Part shown: piece after piece, positions 40,731 through 55,569 of the stretch
Numbering within the stretch: the first letter of the stretch is position 1
Layout of the letters: each line of letters starts with the position of its first letter
Origin: the human T2T-CHM13v2.0 reference genome, Homo sapiens
Direction: 5' to 3' (one strand)
Assembly: GCF_009914755.1 (NCBI RefSeq)
Contig: NC_060926.1
Length of the DNA stretch: 64,000 bases
Notes under the pieces: generated by a model
What the model was told of the DNA's origin: nothing
Databases searched by the model: none
Seen by the model: only the letters and a program-made list of their open reading frames with translations
Made by a program: the position numbers and the translations under genes

Positions 40731-41444
40731 CCAAAATATCTGGGATACAGCAAAAGCAGTGTTAACAGAAATGTTTATAGCACTAAACACCTACATCAAG
40801 AAGTTTGAAATATCTCAAATCAATGATCTAAAATCTCACCTAGAAGAACTAGAAAAATAAGGATAAATTAACCCAAAAGCTAGCAGAAGAAAAGAAATAA
40901 CTAAAATCAGAGCAGAACTGAGTGAAATTGAGATCCAGAATTTGATGAAAAATATCAACAAAACCAAAAGTTAGTTTTTTGAAAGGATAAAAAAGATCAA
41001 CAAGCCACTAGCTAGATTAATAAAGAAAAAAAAGATAGTAGATCCAAATAAGCACAATAAGAAACAACAAGGGCTACATTACAACTGATCCCATAGAAAT
41101 CCAAAAGATTTTCAGAAACAATTATAGACACCTCTGTGCATACAAACTAGAAAATCTGCGGGAAATTGATAAATTCCTGGAAACACACACATGCTCTCAA
41201 GATTGTATCAGGAAGAAATTGAAACCCTGAACACACCAATATTGATTTCTGAAATTGAATCAGTAATAAAGAAACCTACCAATCAAATTACCCTGGATCA
41301 GGTAGATTCACAGCCAAATTCTAACAAATATACAAAGGACTGGTACCAATTCTACCAAAACTATTCCAAAAAAATCAAGGAGGAAGGACTCCTTCCTAAC
41401 TCATTCTATGAGGTGAGCATCATCCTTATACCAAAATCTGGCAG

Positions 41445-41470
41445 ACACACACACACACACACACACACAC
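41445..41470. repeat. (CA)n microsatellite
   Basis: ~13 AC units. Confidence 0.9.
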
Positions 41471-41477
41471 AAAACTT

Positions 41478-41801
41478 GGCTAGGTGTGGTGGCTCACACC
41501 TGTAACCTCAGCATTTTGGGAAGCCAAGATGGGTGGATCACTCAAGCTCAGGAGTTTGAGACCAGCCTGGCCAACATGGTGAAACCCTGTCTCTATCAAA
41601 AAATACAAAAATTGGCCGTGCATGGTGGTGTGCACCTGTAGTCCCAGTTGCTTAGGAGGCTAAGGTGGGAGGATTGCTTGAGCCTGGGAGGCAGAAGTTA
41701 CAGTGAGCTGAGATCTCACCACTGTACTCCAGCCTAGGTGACAGAGTGTGACCCTGTCTCAAAAATAAATGAATGAATTAATTAAAAAATAAAGTAAAAA
41801 G
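41478..41801 (+). mobile_element. AluJb nested in L1 ORF2
   Basis: 'ggtgggaggattgcttgagcctgggaggc', 'gaccctgtctc'; TSD aaaactt. Confidence 0.93.
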
Positions 41802-43149
41802 AAAACTTGAGGCCAATATCCCTGATGAACATGGGTGGAAAAATCTTCAACAAAATACTAATAAACTGTACCCAGTAGCACATCAAAAAGTTAATTTTCT
41901 ATGATCAAGTAGGATCTATTCCTGGGATGCAAGGTTGTTACAGTATACACAAGTCAATAAATGTGACTCACTACATAAACAGAATTAAAAATAAAAACCA
42001 TATGATAATAGACACAGAAAAAGCTTTCTATAAAATCAAATTTCTGTCCATCATAAAAACCTTCAACAAACTAGGCATTGAAGGAACATATCTCAAAATA
42101 ATAGGAGCCAACTATGACAAAGCCATAGCCAATATCATGCTGAATGGGCAAAATCTGGAGTCATTCTCATTGAAAACAGGAAGAAGAGAAGGATGCCCTC
42201 TTTCACTGCTCTTAGAACTGGAAGTCCTAGCCAGAGTAATCAGGAAAGGGAAAGAAATAAAAAATATCCAAATAGGAAAAGAAGAAGTTAAATTATTTAT
42301 CTTTGCAGACAATATAATTTTATACCTAGAAAACCCTACATTGCCAAAAGGCTCCTAGAACTGATAAATGACTTCAGTAAAGTCATCATTCAAATGACAC
42401 AGTAGCATCTCTATACACTAATAATGTTCAAGCTGAGAGCCAAATCAAGAATGCAATCTCATTTGCAATAGCTACAAAAAGAATAATATACCCAGGAATA
42501 CAGCTAACCAAGGAGATGAAAGATCTCAACAAGGAGAACTACATAACACTGCTGAAAAAAAAATCATGGATGACATAAATAAATTGGAAAACATCCCATG
42601 CTCATGCATTGAGAGAATCAATATTGTTAATATGGCCATACTTGCCTAAAGCAGTGTACAGATTCAATACTATTCCTAGCAAACTGCTAATGTCATTGTT
42701 CATAGAATTAGAAAAATAACTATTCTAAAGCTCATGTGGAATCAAAAAAGAGCTCAAGTAGCCAAAGCAGTCCTAAGCAAAAAGAACAAAGTCAGAGGCA
42801 TCACATTACCCACCTTGAAACTATACTGCAAAGCCACCATAACCAGAACACAATGGTCTGGTACAAAAACAAACACATAGATCAATGGAACAGAATAAAG
42901 AAACTAGAAATAGAGCCACACACCTGCAACTGTTTCATCATTGACAAACATGAAAAAAATAATCAGTAAAAAAGGGACTCCCAGTTCAATAAACGGTGCT
43001 GGGATAACTGTCTATTCATATGCAGAGGAATGAAACTGGACCCTACCTTTCACCATATGCAAAAATGAACTCAAGATGGATTACAGATTTAAATGTAAGA
43101 CTTCAAACTATAAAAACCCTAGGAGAAAACCTAGGATACCATTATGGAG

Positions 43150-43243
43150 TATGCCATTTTATATCAGTGACTTGAGCATCCATGAATTTTGATATACACA
43201 GGGGTCCTGGAACCAATTTCCCATGGATATCAAGAGATGACTG
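43150..43243 (-). mobile_element. MER2, remaining part
   Basis: 'tatgccattttatatcagtgacttgagcatcc...ggtcctggaaccaatttcccatggata...gactg'. Confidence 0.88.
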
Positions 43244-43980
43244 TATATGACTTTGGTAGCTGCTTTTTAATTTTCATATATTTATTAAATGATAGAATTA
43301 TCACTGTTTGTATTGCTCTTTGGGAAACAATACTCTTTCTTCCTGGATAAGCATTTTTATTGCCTAGTTCACTTTTCCAATTACACTTACATAAGGAAAG
43401 CCTGAACTTAAAATTAGCACTCAGCTGTGTACTTGATCATAAACCAGACAGTTTTCTGAAATAAAAACTGTCTAAATAAACATCTTTTAAACATAAATTT
43501 TATAAAAACAACTGAAGTTACTGATATTGTCCTATGTTTTGAAGTATAATGCAGACAGAAACTGAAATGAATTGGCCTTTAACAGGTGCAATAATTAAAA
43601 CTGGAGATTGATGGAAGAGAACTGCTTGATATAACAGTTAGGTGGAAACATAATCATTTAGAGCCAAACCGTCCTTCTGAACTCTGGCTCTAATGTGATA
43701 TGTATTCGGTGTTTTGTTTTTATAGTATCTTTTATTTAATACATTTCGTATAATCTGCTCATGAGATCTCAAAACATATCGAAGACATAGATCTTAGAAC
43801 TGAGAACATTTTGCAGGGCTTAAACATTTCTATTGAAGTGTAAAGAGAAAAATCAACCACCGTGTGAGAAGAGATTTAAAACTAATGTGTATTGATTTAT
43901 CGTAATAGAATGAGTTAACTGAATCATTACTTGTATGGAAATATGTTCTGAGGAAATTTTCTAAACACAATTTTATTTTA

Positions 43981-44329
<349 letters not shown>

Positions 44330-44479
44330 TCAAATGAAAAAATGATTAAATGTATAATTACCTATAAGCTTCAGCTGCCATTGCATATTTAATTGTTAAT
44401 ATATGTAGCCATACCATATTCTCTAAATCAAAGTGCTTATAAATTATGTTTATAAATTTAATCCTCAGCATAATCATTA

Positions 44480-46385
44480 GAGCAAACTAAAGTTGTTGTA
44501 TCATTGTAACTTTGGTTTGTAACTCCATTTTTTTGTTCTCTACATGATTAACGAGACAAAAAATTATTTATCTAAGTTTTGGATATATAATGCATACAGA
44601 TATAATTTTGTGACAGCAGTAACTGAAAGGGAATGGAGATGGAGCTCTGTAGGAGCACAGTGTTTGTTTGCAATTGAAATTAAGCTGGTATAAATTCAAA
44701 TAAGAGGGTTATAACTTTAGGATATTAAATGTAATCCCCATGGTAACCATAAAGAAAATAGCTACAGAATTCAGAAAAAAAAGGAAATAAGAGAATTTAG
44801 AAAGTTTCGTTATATAAAATCAACTAAACACAAGACGGTAATGCAGAAAATGATGGCCCAAAATGCTGTAAGGTATATAGAAAACAAATAACAAAGTGAA
44901 AGAGGTCCTTCCTTATCAGTAATTATTTTCCAAAACAATCTCAAAAGAGAACAAAGTAGAGGACTTCAATTTCATGATTCCAAAATTTACTATGAGGCTA
45001 TAATAATGAAAACAGTGTGGTATTGGAATAAAAACAGACATGTAGACCGGTGGAATAGAGTCCAGAGATAAATTCTCATGTACGTGGTCAAATTATTTTT
45101 GACTAGGGTGCCAGAACCATTCATTGTCGAAAGGATAAGTCTTTTCAACAAATAGTGCAGGAAAACAGGGTATCCATGTGCAAAAATAATAAATTGAACC
45201 CTTACCTAATACCATATGCAAAAATTAACTCAAAGTGGGTCAGAGACCTGAATGTAAGAACCAATACTATAAAACTCCTAGAAGGAAACAAAGGGAGAAA
45301 GCTTCATGACATTGGATTTGGAACTGATTTATTGAATGTTAAACCTAAAGTACAAGCAATAAAATAAAAAATAGACAAATTGAACTTCAATGATAAGAAA
45401 TTTTGTGCATTAAAGAACACTATCAACACAGTAAAAAGGCAACCCACAGAATGTGAAAAATTTTTGCAAATTACATGTCTGAGATGATATTAATATCAGA
45501 ACATAGAGAAAACTCCTAAAACTCAGTAACAAAACAAAAGACCCTATTAAAAAACCAGCAAATGACTTAAATAGACATTTTGCCAAGATGATATACAAAT
45601 GACCAATAAATACACAAAAGATGCTCAACATCACTAATCATTGGGAAGATGCAAATCAAAACTATAATAAGATACTGCTTCACATTCATTAGGATGGCTA
45701 CAATCAAACAAACAGAAAGTAGGCATTGGCAATGATGTAGAGAAAATGAAATTCTTGTGCACTGCTAGTGGGAATGAAACGGTGCAGCTGGTATGAGAAA
45801 AACTATGGCACTTTTCTTAAAACTTATGCTAAAAATTTACATATGATCCAGCAATTACACTTCTGGACATATACTCAGGTGAACTGAAAGCAGAGACATG
45901 AATAGATATTTACACACTCATGTTAACAACAAAATCGTTTACAATGGTCAAAACACGGAAGCAACCCAATTGCCCATTGATAGATGAAGGGATAAAATAT
46001 ACATACAATGGAATATTATTCAGCCTTGAAAATAAATCCTGATATAATATACTGTATAGATAAACCTTGAGGATATTATGTTGAGTAAAATAAGCCACTC
46101 ATAAAAAGACAAATACTGTAGGATTTCACTATGTGGTACATACAATAGTCAAATTTATAGAGAAAGAAAGTGAAATAATGGTCATCAGTGGTTGTGGAAA
46201 GAGTAGAATGGGAAGTTGTTTAATGGGTATACAGTTTTAGTTTGGGATGATGAAAAAATTCTGGAGATGGTTAGTGATGACAGTTACACAAGAATGTGAA
46301 TGTATCTTAATGCCGCTGAATTGTATACTTAAAGCAGTTAAAATGATACATTATATGTTGTATATATTCTACCACTATAAAACTT
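44480..46385 (+). mobile_element. L1MB-type element with large internal deletion near 44930
   Basis: Inter-ORF region joined to ORF2 3' part 'caaaacaatctcaaaagagaacaaagtagagg'; L1MB 3'UTR 'tttgggatgatgaaaaaattctggagatgg'. Confidence 0.85.
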
Positions 46386-47541
46386 ATTAGTTTTAAAATG
46401 TTTCAAAAACAATAAATGCTTGTTAAAAGTTTCAAACAATACAGAGGTGCATAAAGTAAAAAGAGAAAGCCTCACTCGCCACTCTCACTCCCCCAAGGAT
46501 TCTGTATCTTTGAAATGATAAGATTTAAACTTATTTTATGGTATTAGCCCAAATTTCATAAGAACACAGGCGATGTGTAGGAAGTGCTAGTAAAAATTAA
46601 CAAAAATATAGGACTTACGAAGAGGAAGTTAAAAGTGTCCATGACAAAAGAGCAGCTAGTTATACAGGGATCAGAAGTGTTTATCCAAATATAGGACTCA
46701 CAAAGCTTGAGTTCTTTCTAGATGGTTAAATAATAACTGCAGCACAGATGGGCCTTCTTGGCTCTTCACAAATGTAAAATATGATGTGTATTTGTAAGAT
46801 AATTCCTTATGGCACAGAAAAGCATTTCTCTATTTTATATAGAATTTATTTTTACACTCAATAACTCCTTAATCTTGAAATTTTAACCTCAGAAATATAT
46901 TCTATGAAAATGCTTAGTTGAATAAGTTTTCCTCTGAGGTGTGTTCAATCACATTTGTTATTTACCAGGTTGACTAAAACAATGGGTTCAGAAGCCAATG
47001 TGCTCTTGATTACTTAAAATTCTCACCCTAGAATCAGCCAGATTTTATTCTTATTATTCAGAGAAAGTGGTTTCTTCCTCTGGAATCATTTTTTTTGTAT
47101 TTTTAAATTTTTACCCCTTTCTGTTATCCTATTTTGGAATTCCCTCCCTTCTCTTTCACTCTAAATCACCTAGCCTAACTGAAGCAGACCAGCTCTTCTC
47201 TTGGGACCCTTTCTCATCTGCTACAGCACACGTACACGCTCTTACAGTACTTGGGCCTATGGCCATTTAAATGTCTATTTTCTTGTACCTTTATTTTTTC
47301 GCTTAGAAATTTCACCTGGGTAAACCTTGTTGCTTCTATGTACTGTCCACACACACATAAAGACATTATTTCAACACTAGATACATAGTAGATGATAAAC
47401 AAGACGATACTGACAGCATATGGTATAAATAGGCACTCTTTAATAATATGATAACCACCACCATCATATATGCCTATTATAATAAAAAACTTATTCCACA
47501 TATTTTATTCAAATTTTTCTTTTTGTACATATTCAGTAGAC

Positions 47542-48204
47542 TTGTTACTGGCTAGGTGCAGGTCTGCTCTGCCTGCATGTAATAATTCAATCACTGTGAC
47601 ATGGGTTTTGTGAAAGAGAAAAGATTTATTTGCAAGAACACCAATACAGAAAGGAGGAGAATAGGTGAGGCTTGTAGAATTTATGGATTAGGTGAGTGGG
47701 GTGGTCTAAGGCATAGGAAACAGTAATTGGTGGTGGGGAAACATGAAGTAACAGGTTCATTTCACACAAGCACAGCTGGAGTTCACAGCATCTCGCAGGA
47801 CGTATGTATAGAAAATGGAAGCATTAGCATGATTTGAGGGTGAAGTTTTTGGCCCTCCCACATGCAAATGCCACCTTTCAGGCACCTGTTCAGGTCAGCT
47901 GAAGAATCAGTGGTCTCAACTAGTTTTAATTGGACAGGAACTGGCCCAAGTTCCTGAAAAACAACTGAAACAACCATTATCATAGTGACCTATGAATGTT
48001 ATCTATAAAGTAGCCAGTGAAGATTAAGTTTCAAGGTTCAGTGGTACGGCCTTCAGCTACTGCAGCCTTCAACTTCTTTGAAACAAAACAAAACAAAACA
48101 AAACAAAACAAAACCAAAACCAAAACCAAAACCAAACAAAACAAGAGCAAGTAACCAAAAGCTAGCAGGTCAGGCAGACCTGGTTGAATTAACCTCTCGG
48201 TTTA
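47542..48204 (-). mobile_element. ERV1-class solo LTR (MER72/MER4-group-like) with (AAAAC)n
   Basis: 'tgttactgg...gaaagagaaaagatttattt' (minus-strand AATAAA), 'agttcctgaaaaacaactgaa'. Confidence 0.6.
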
Positions 48205-49033
48205 GCCTCATAGATATGATCTCTCAATTTTCCTAAACTCCATTCCTTAAAATGTGCACACCAGACTAATTTTCTAGCCTTCTAATTGGTTTGACATTCT
48301 AAATTCATGCAAAAATTCTATTCCCCAGTATGTATGTTTTCAGACAATGTAAAACATAATCATTCCCATTTTACATATTTAGAAGTTTAGATAAAAATAT
48401 GCTATTATACTGCATTTAAATTTATTAAAATAATTTGTGTTATTTAGAATGTTCTTTTTTCTCAGCTCTTATTTTAGAATCTGGGGGTACATGTGCAAGT
48501 TTGTTATGAAGGTGTATTGCATGATGCTGAGATTTGAGGTATGATTGCACCCGTGACCCAGGTAGCCAGCAGAGTGCCTAATAGGTTTCTTCAGCCCTTG
48601 CCCTACTCTTTCTGTCCCTCCTCTAATAATCCCAAGAGTCCATCATTTCCATCTTTATGTCCATGTATACTCAATGGTTAGTTCTCACTTATGAGTGAGG
48701 ACATGAGGTATTTGTTTTTCTGTTTCTGTATTAGTTTGTTTAGGATAATGGCCTCCAGCTGCATCCATGTTGCTACAAAGAACATGGTTTTGTTCTTTTT
48801 TAATGACTGCATATTACTCTGTAATGTATATGTACAATAGTTTCTTTATTTAATCCATCGATAGGCACCTGGGTTGACTCCATAGTTTTGCTATTGTGAA
48901 TAGTGCTGCAATGAACATATGGTTACATATATCTTTTTGGTAGAACCATGTATTTTCCTCTGGGTATATACCCAGTAATGGGGTTGCTGGGTTGAATAGG
49001 AGTTGAACTCTTAGTTCTTTGAGAAATCTTTAA

Positions 49034-49532
<499 letters not shown>

Positions 49533-50465
49533 GAGCATTTTTTTACGTGTGTTGGCTGCTTGTATGCCTTCTTTGGAGAAGTGTCTGTTCATGTCTGTTG
49601 AGTACTTTTTAATGAAGTTAATTGTTTTTCAGTTATTGAACTGTTTAAGTTCCTTATAGATTCTGGATATTAGACCTTTGTTGGATGCATAATGTGTAAA
49701 TAGTTTCTCCCATCTGTAGGTTGTCTTTTTACTCTGTTGGTAGTTTCTTTTGCTGTGCATAAGCCCTTTAATTTTATTAGGTCCCACTTATCAATTTCTG
49801 TGTTCATTGCCATTGCTTTTGAGGACTTAGCCATACATTTTTTGTCAAGGCCAATATTGAGAAGGGTATTTCCAGGTTTTCTTCTAGGGTTTTTATAGTT
49901 TTAGATCTCACATTAGAGTCTATAATCTACCTTGAGTTAATTTTTGTATATGATGATAGTTGGGGGTCCAGTTTCATTCTTCTGTATATGTTTAGACAAT
50001 TATTCCAGCATCATTTTTTGAATAGGGTGTATTTTCCCTATTGCTTATTTTTGTTGAAGATCAGATAATTGTGGGCACATTACTTTATTTCTGATTTCTC
50101 TATGCTGTTCCTTTGGTCTACGTGTCTGTTTTTGTACCAATAACATGGTGTTCTGGTTACCGTAGCTTTGTAGCATATTTGAAGTTGGGCAATGTAATGC
50201 CTGTGGCTTTGTCCTTTTTGCTTATGATTACTTTGGCTATTCGGGTTCTATTTTGGTTCTGTGTGAACTTTAGAATAGTGTTTTCTAATTCTGTGAAAAA
50301 TGTCACAAAAATAGTTCTGTGACATTGGTAGTTTGATTGGAATAGCCTTAAGTCTATAAACTGATTTGGGCAGTATAGTCATATTAACAATATCGATTCC
50401 TCCAATCCATCAGCATGGGATATTTTTCCATTTATTTGTTTCATCTATGATTTCTTTCAGCACTC

Positions 50466-50766
50466 TTTTTTTTTTTTTTTTTTTGAGACAGAATCTCACT
50501 CTGTCACCCAGGCTGGAGTGCAGGGGCGCAATCTTCACTCACTGCAACCTCCACCTCCTGGGTTCAAGTGATTCTTGTGCCTCAGCCTTCTGAGTAGCTG
50601 GGATTACAGATGTGCACCACGATGCTCGGCTAATTTTTGTATTTTTAGTAGAGATGGGGTTTCACCATGTTTGCCAGGCTGGTCTTGAACCCCTGATCTC
50701 AGGTGATCCACCCACCTCAGCCTCCCAAAGTGCTGGGATTACAGATGTGAGCCGCTGCACTTGGGC
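50466..50766 (-). mobile_element. AluSx
   Basis: 'ctcaggtgatccacccacctcagcc'. Confidence 0.94.
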
Positions 50767-52099
50767 ATTTTGTAGATCTCTTTGTAGAAGCCTTTCACCT
50801 CCTTGGTTAGATGTATCCCTAGTTATTTCATTCTTTTTGTGGCTATGGCAAATGGGATTGTGTTCTTGATTTGGCTCTCAGCTAGAATGTCATTAGGTGT
50901 ATAAAAAATGATTCTGTATCCTGAAATTTAACTGAAGTCATTTATCAGTTCTAGGGGTCTTTTGGCAGAGTCTTCAGGGCTTTCTAGGTGTAGAATCATA
51001 TTGCCCACACAGAGAGATAATCTGACTTTCTTTTACCCTGTTTAGATGTCTTTTATTTCTTTCCTTTGTCTAATTGCTCTGGCTAGGACTTCCAGTACTA
51101 TGTTGAATAGGAGTGGTGCAAGAGGGCATCCTTCGCCTGTTCCAGTTCTCAAGAGGAATGCTTCCAGGTTTTGCCCATTTAGTATAATATTGGCTGTGGG
51201 TTTGTGATAGATGGCTCTTATTATTTTGAGGCATGTTCATTTGATGCCTAGTTTGTTGAGGGTTTTTGTCATGAAGCGATATTGGATTTTACTGAAAGCT
51301 TCTTCTGTGTCTATTGAGATGATCATATGGCTTTTGTTTTTAATTCTGTTTATGTGGTGAATCATATTTATTATTTTGTGTATGTTGAATTAACCTTGCA
51401 CCCCAGGAATCAAGCCTACTTGGTAGTGATGAATTCACTTTTTGATGTGCTACTGAATACAGTTTGGTAGTATTTTGTTGAGGATTTTTGCATGTATGTT
51501 CATCAAGGATATTGGCCTGAAGTTTTCTTTTTCATTGTGTCTCTGCCAGATTTGGTATCATGATGATGCTGGCTGTGTAAAATGAGTTAGGGAGAAGTCC
51601 CTCCTCCTCAAAATTTTTGAAATAGTTTCAGTAGAATTGGTACCAGTTCTTCTTTATACACCTGATAGAATTCAGTTGTGAATCTATCTGGTCCAGGTAT
51701 TTTTTTTTGGTTGGTAGGTAGGTTTTTGTTGTTGTTGTTTTGTTACTGATTCAATTTCTGAACTCATTATTGTTCTAAGCTTTTACTTTCTTCTTGGACT
51801 GGCCAATATTTTGGCTTCAGGAGTTAATTTTTGCTACTCAAAGAAAGTGTTATTTTATAGTTTTCCTATAGGTTTGACATGATGAATCACATAATAAATA
51901 CTATTTAAAATGATGATAACTTGCTTTGATTCAGTGCATAATCTGACTCTGAATGAGAGGCCACTACTAACCCTTGCCTACAACTGTAGGTGAGGCCAGT
52001 ATGAAAATATATCTGCATATGAGATAAACACTAATCCTTACCTATGCCTGTAAATAAGCCACTAATAACTCTTGACTTCATCTGGCACCTGTGAAGTTG

Positions 52100-52888
52100 T
52101 GTGGCAGAGGCTGATGTTTATCTCCCCTAGTAGTTCTCAAAGTGGGGTTCCCTTAGCAGCAGCAGCAGCTGCAGCAGCTGCAGCATTACCTGGTGTGTTG
52201 TGAGAAAGGTGGATTCTCAAGTTCCACCTCAGACCGCCTGAAGAAGAAACTGGAGGCTGGGCCCAAGAATCTGTGTTTAAATCAGTGCTCCCCATTATTT
52301 TGATGCATTATATACTGCCCAAAGCATTGGTCTACTCACCAGCCAAGCTCCCTTTTTCCCTCCTAACCTAATTCCTACTTTTTCAGCAGCAACATGTTCA
52401 GGCTCTTTATCCAGCCATTGTGGGCTAGTTGTGATTGATTTAAGCTAGTCTTGTGAGTTGATCTTTATCTATTTATTTTTGTCAGTGATTGGTCTAGGGG
52501 AGGGCACGTTGACTTATTCTGGGCAACACATCGTAAGAAGAAGAGAACTATTCTCTTGTGGGAAAGATTCTGCTCCCTGGTAAAAAAAGAAAGCCAGCCA
52601 TGTGAAGAAGAAGCTATTTTACCACCAACACATCACCTACCCCTTGCTTTCTAAATGAATATGGTTGTGCGATGTCTGGAGTGTCAGTTGCCAAATTACA
52701 ACTAAAAGGAAAAGGCTAAGAGAAATGCAGGAACACCAATTCAGTGGCTTAATACTGTAGAGCTTTTGAGCATACCTGAAAACCACCTGTCTCAGAGTTT
52801 GTGTTTGGTAAGTTATATTATCCTTATGGTTTAAGCCATGGCTAGTCAGGTGTTTTGTATTTGCAGTCAACACCCCTTAACTGATACA
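52100..52888 (+). mobile_element. MLT1I/J-like MaLR LTR containing MER5A
   Basis: 'tgtggcagagg...agtgattggtctagggg...ggtttaagcca...ccttaactgataca'. Confidence 0.75.
52128..52330. mobile_element. MER5A MITE
   Basis: 'agtagttctcaaagtgggg...cagcattacctgg...gggcccaagaatctgtgttt'. Confidence 0.8.
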
Positions 52889-53199
52889 AACCACGAAAGT
52901 CGATCTTTCAGCAGACATCATACCAACTAAGGTGGTTTATAAAGGGATTTCCAGCTATACCTAGTTTTAGATATCTTGTTGCTCATAAATAATTATGAAG
53001 AAAGCACATCCAGATGTGGAGAGTAATTTTAATAATGAATCTCCACCTTTTAAAATTGTGCTTTAAATTCAGTGAATTATGGGAGCTGTGGCAGAGCAGA
53101 AAGACAGATTTGGGATGGCATTTGAGGAATGGAGGAGAGAAGGCCCATTTGGCGAGTGCATATAATGCATGACTCTCCTCTGGGGTGGGGAATATGGCG

Positions 53200-53380
53200 G
53201 AAGCCTAGGGAGCAAGACAGCAAGTCAACTGAGGTGAGGTTGGGCAAGGAATTGGTAGGTGTTCTGAAGAATTTGTATCTTAAGTGCAGTGGGTCATAAT
53301 CACACGTTTTTAAGCAGGGGAGTAACGTGTTATGGGCGAAGAGAAGAAAAAGACTGATTCTGTCTTGAGGGATTGGAAAA
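53200..53380 (-). mobile_element. L2 fragment
   Basis: 'gaatttgtatcttaagtgcagtggg...tttttaagcaggggagtaac'. Confidence 0.5.
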
Positions 53381-53469
53381 GACAAATTTTCTTGTTTTAC
53401 TTAATACTAATTTGTGTAATCAGTAATTTGTATTTGATTTGATAAGGAAACACTTTTGGCAATCCTTAA

Positions 53470-53942
53470 CACTACCCACATGTTCAGTAATTTGCTAGAA
53501 GGACTCATGGGACTTGGCATAGGGCCGTACTCATATCTAAGATTTATCACAACACAGCAAGCATCCTAAGCTAGTTAAATAAAGGAAAAATAGGTAGTGG
53601 TGGGGGGAGTCTCAACAAACACACATTCACCTCCTACACTCCTCCTTTGGGTGAGTGGCCACACAGATGACATTCTCCCTCTAGCAGCAACAGTGTGTGA
53701 TGCTTCTGCCCATTTGAGACTGGTCACATAGGCATTCTCTGCTTAGACACTATGAAAATCCCATACTTCTAGCAGTTGTTCACCATAAATCACGTTGTAT
53801 TTACAGACTCTGTAGGTACCCAACCTTATCAATTACAGTAAGTTTTAGAAGCCAAGCCAAGAGTCACCCAAGAGCCAATCTTGCTAGCAGAACCTTCAGA
53901 AGATTAGAAGCCTCAGGCCTGCTATGTTAACTGTTTTCTGAA
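53470..53942 (-). mobile_element. MER21-family LTR fragment
   Basis: 'aatttgctagaaggactca', 'ctggtcacataggca', terminus 'aggcctgctatgttaactgttttctg'. Confidence 0.75.
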
Positions 53943-54273
53943 TGGAGGATTACTATTGAAACAATAAAATATGCTAGAGTTATTCTTATGCATTACATTA
54001 GCTGATCAAAAATACATTGTTTGTTTCATAATGATTTCAGGTTGAATTAATTAACTGAATTATGACTTTTATGGTAAATAAGAAAGAAAATTGACAAAGC
54101 TTTAATATCTCCCCCAGATACTAGAAGAACACTGCAAGTGAGAATAATATATTTAACTTTAGTTAATGATACTCACCTTGCTATTTTTAAAACATTATTT
54201 TAGCTGGCATCAGTGTAAAGAGGTAATGGTATGGGCATTTGGGCAGAAGATTGTATTTAAGAAAAGGCTGATG

Positions 54274-54570
54274 TGCCAGGCCTGGCGGCTCATGCCTGTA
54301 ATCCCAGCAACTTGAGAGGCTGAGGCAGGAGAACACTTGAGCCCAGGAGTTTGAGGCAAGCCTAGCCAACATAGCAAGACCTTGTCTCTACCAAAAAAAT
54401 AAAAATAAAAATAAAAATAAGCCAGGCATGGTGGTTTGCACCTGTAGTCTCAGCCAATTGGAAGTTTGAGGAGGGGAGGATCACTTGTGCCCAGGAGTTT
54501 GAGGCTACAGTGAGCTGTGATTGCACCCCTAAACTCCAGCCTTGGTGACAGAGTAAGACCTCATCTCAAA
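54274..54570 (+). mobile_element. AluJo
   Basis: J diagnostics; 15-bp TSD aagaaaaggctgatg / aagaaaagactggtg. Confidence 0.93.
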
Positions 54571-55569
54571 AAGAAAAGACTGGTGAAAAACAAAGGGTTA
54601 ACATGAAAGGTATATGTAACTATATTCCAGAACTTGAGGGAAAGTGTTAGAGAAGAATGGAGTTGGTAAATTGATGGAAGTCAATAACGTATGTACATTT
54701 AAATTGAGTTTTTTTTTTTTTTAAGCAAAGCTGGTTACATTGATGCCATAAAGCAGTGGAGTAAGGACTCCTTGCTTCTAAGTTGGAGAAGGGACTACTG
54801 TCTCCTCTTCTTTGTGTTTGTTAGGACTGCTTGCAGAAATAATAGAAACATATAATAAGCAGATAATAGATTTTGATAGAAGGTTGCAAAATTAAATTAG
54901 TGTAATCCACTTTTCCAGACATCTTATATCTTCCCATAACTTCTAGCCAAGACCCAGAGTTCTTGGATCACAAATACTTTTTTAAAAAACTGTTTTTCTC
55001 TTTATTTTAGTGGAAGGAAAAGCTATTATTTCCAGGTATCAAGTGTGAGAATTATGGCATACATTATAAACTATTACTACCAGGTTGAGTTTGAAATTGA
55101 GTAGCGTAATAGTATGGCCTAAATTCAAAACATTTCTTAATGTATTTTTATATACTGAAGCTTAGAAAGAATCCAAATGACATTTCAGTTCCTCTATGAA
55201 AACATTCAGCCTAAAATCTAATGGTGATGCTGGAATATATAGCACAAGTTAAGAAGGCCACACCATTATCCTCTTGATAGTTGCTTATGAGGCTATTGAT
55301 AGGCAAAACTTTGGTGTCATTTTGCATTTATCTGCAGCATATTCAACATCCTTATAGGGAGAAAAAAAACTATTATCTCAGTTTACCTTTTGCAATCTAG
55401 TTAAGAACATAGGTTTTCATAAAGGTAAAGATTAATGCCACAGAATGGCTCTCTCTGCCATCTTTTTGCAGGATGCTATACACAGGTAGGAGAGGGCAGC
55501 TAAGAGCGACAGAGTGCATACAATCACCAGGCAGTATGGTCATTGTTTTTGTCTCTTTTAGTTCTCACT

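Larger units (their letters stand above)
40731..43149 (+). mobile_element. inverted L1 ORF2 segment (RT region) of the same insertion
   Basis: ORF 41927-42358 has L1 RT motifs '[12 protein letters not shown]' and 'FADN'; multiple stops and frameshifts. Confidence 0.93.

Noticed and set aside
41927-42358. 143-aa ORF with reverse-transcriptase motifs
   Set aside because: Decayed L1 ORF2 fragment (FADN instead of FADD), flanked by stops and frameshifts; not a novel RT system
43446-43473. 10-bp inverted repeat agacagtttt / aaaactgtct
   Set aside because: Short and AT-rich; plausible by chance in 64 kb; no TSD or element context
47214-47501. 95-aa ORF with a hydrophobic stretch
   Set aside because: AT-rich codons give I/F/Y/L by chance; no family recognised
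52042-54203. Isolated minus-strand donor motifs at 52042 and 54177
   Set aside because: Upstream acceptors are weak; single donor motifs are common by chance
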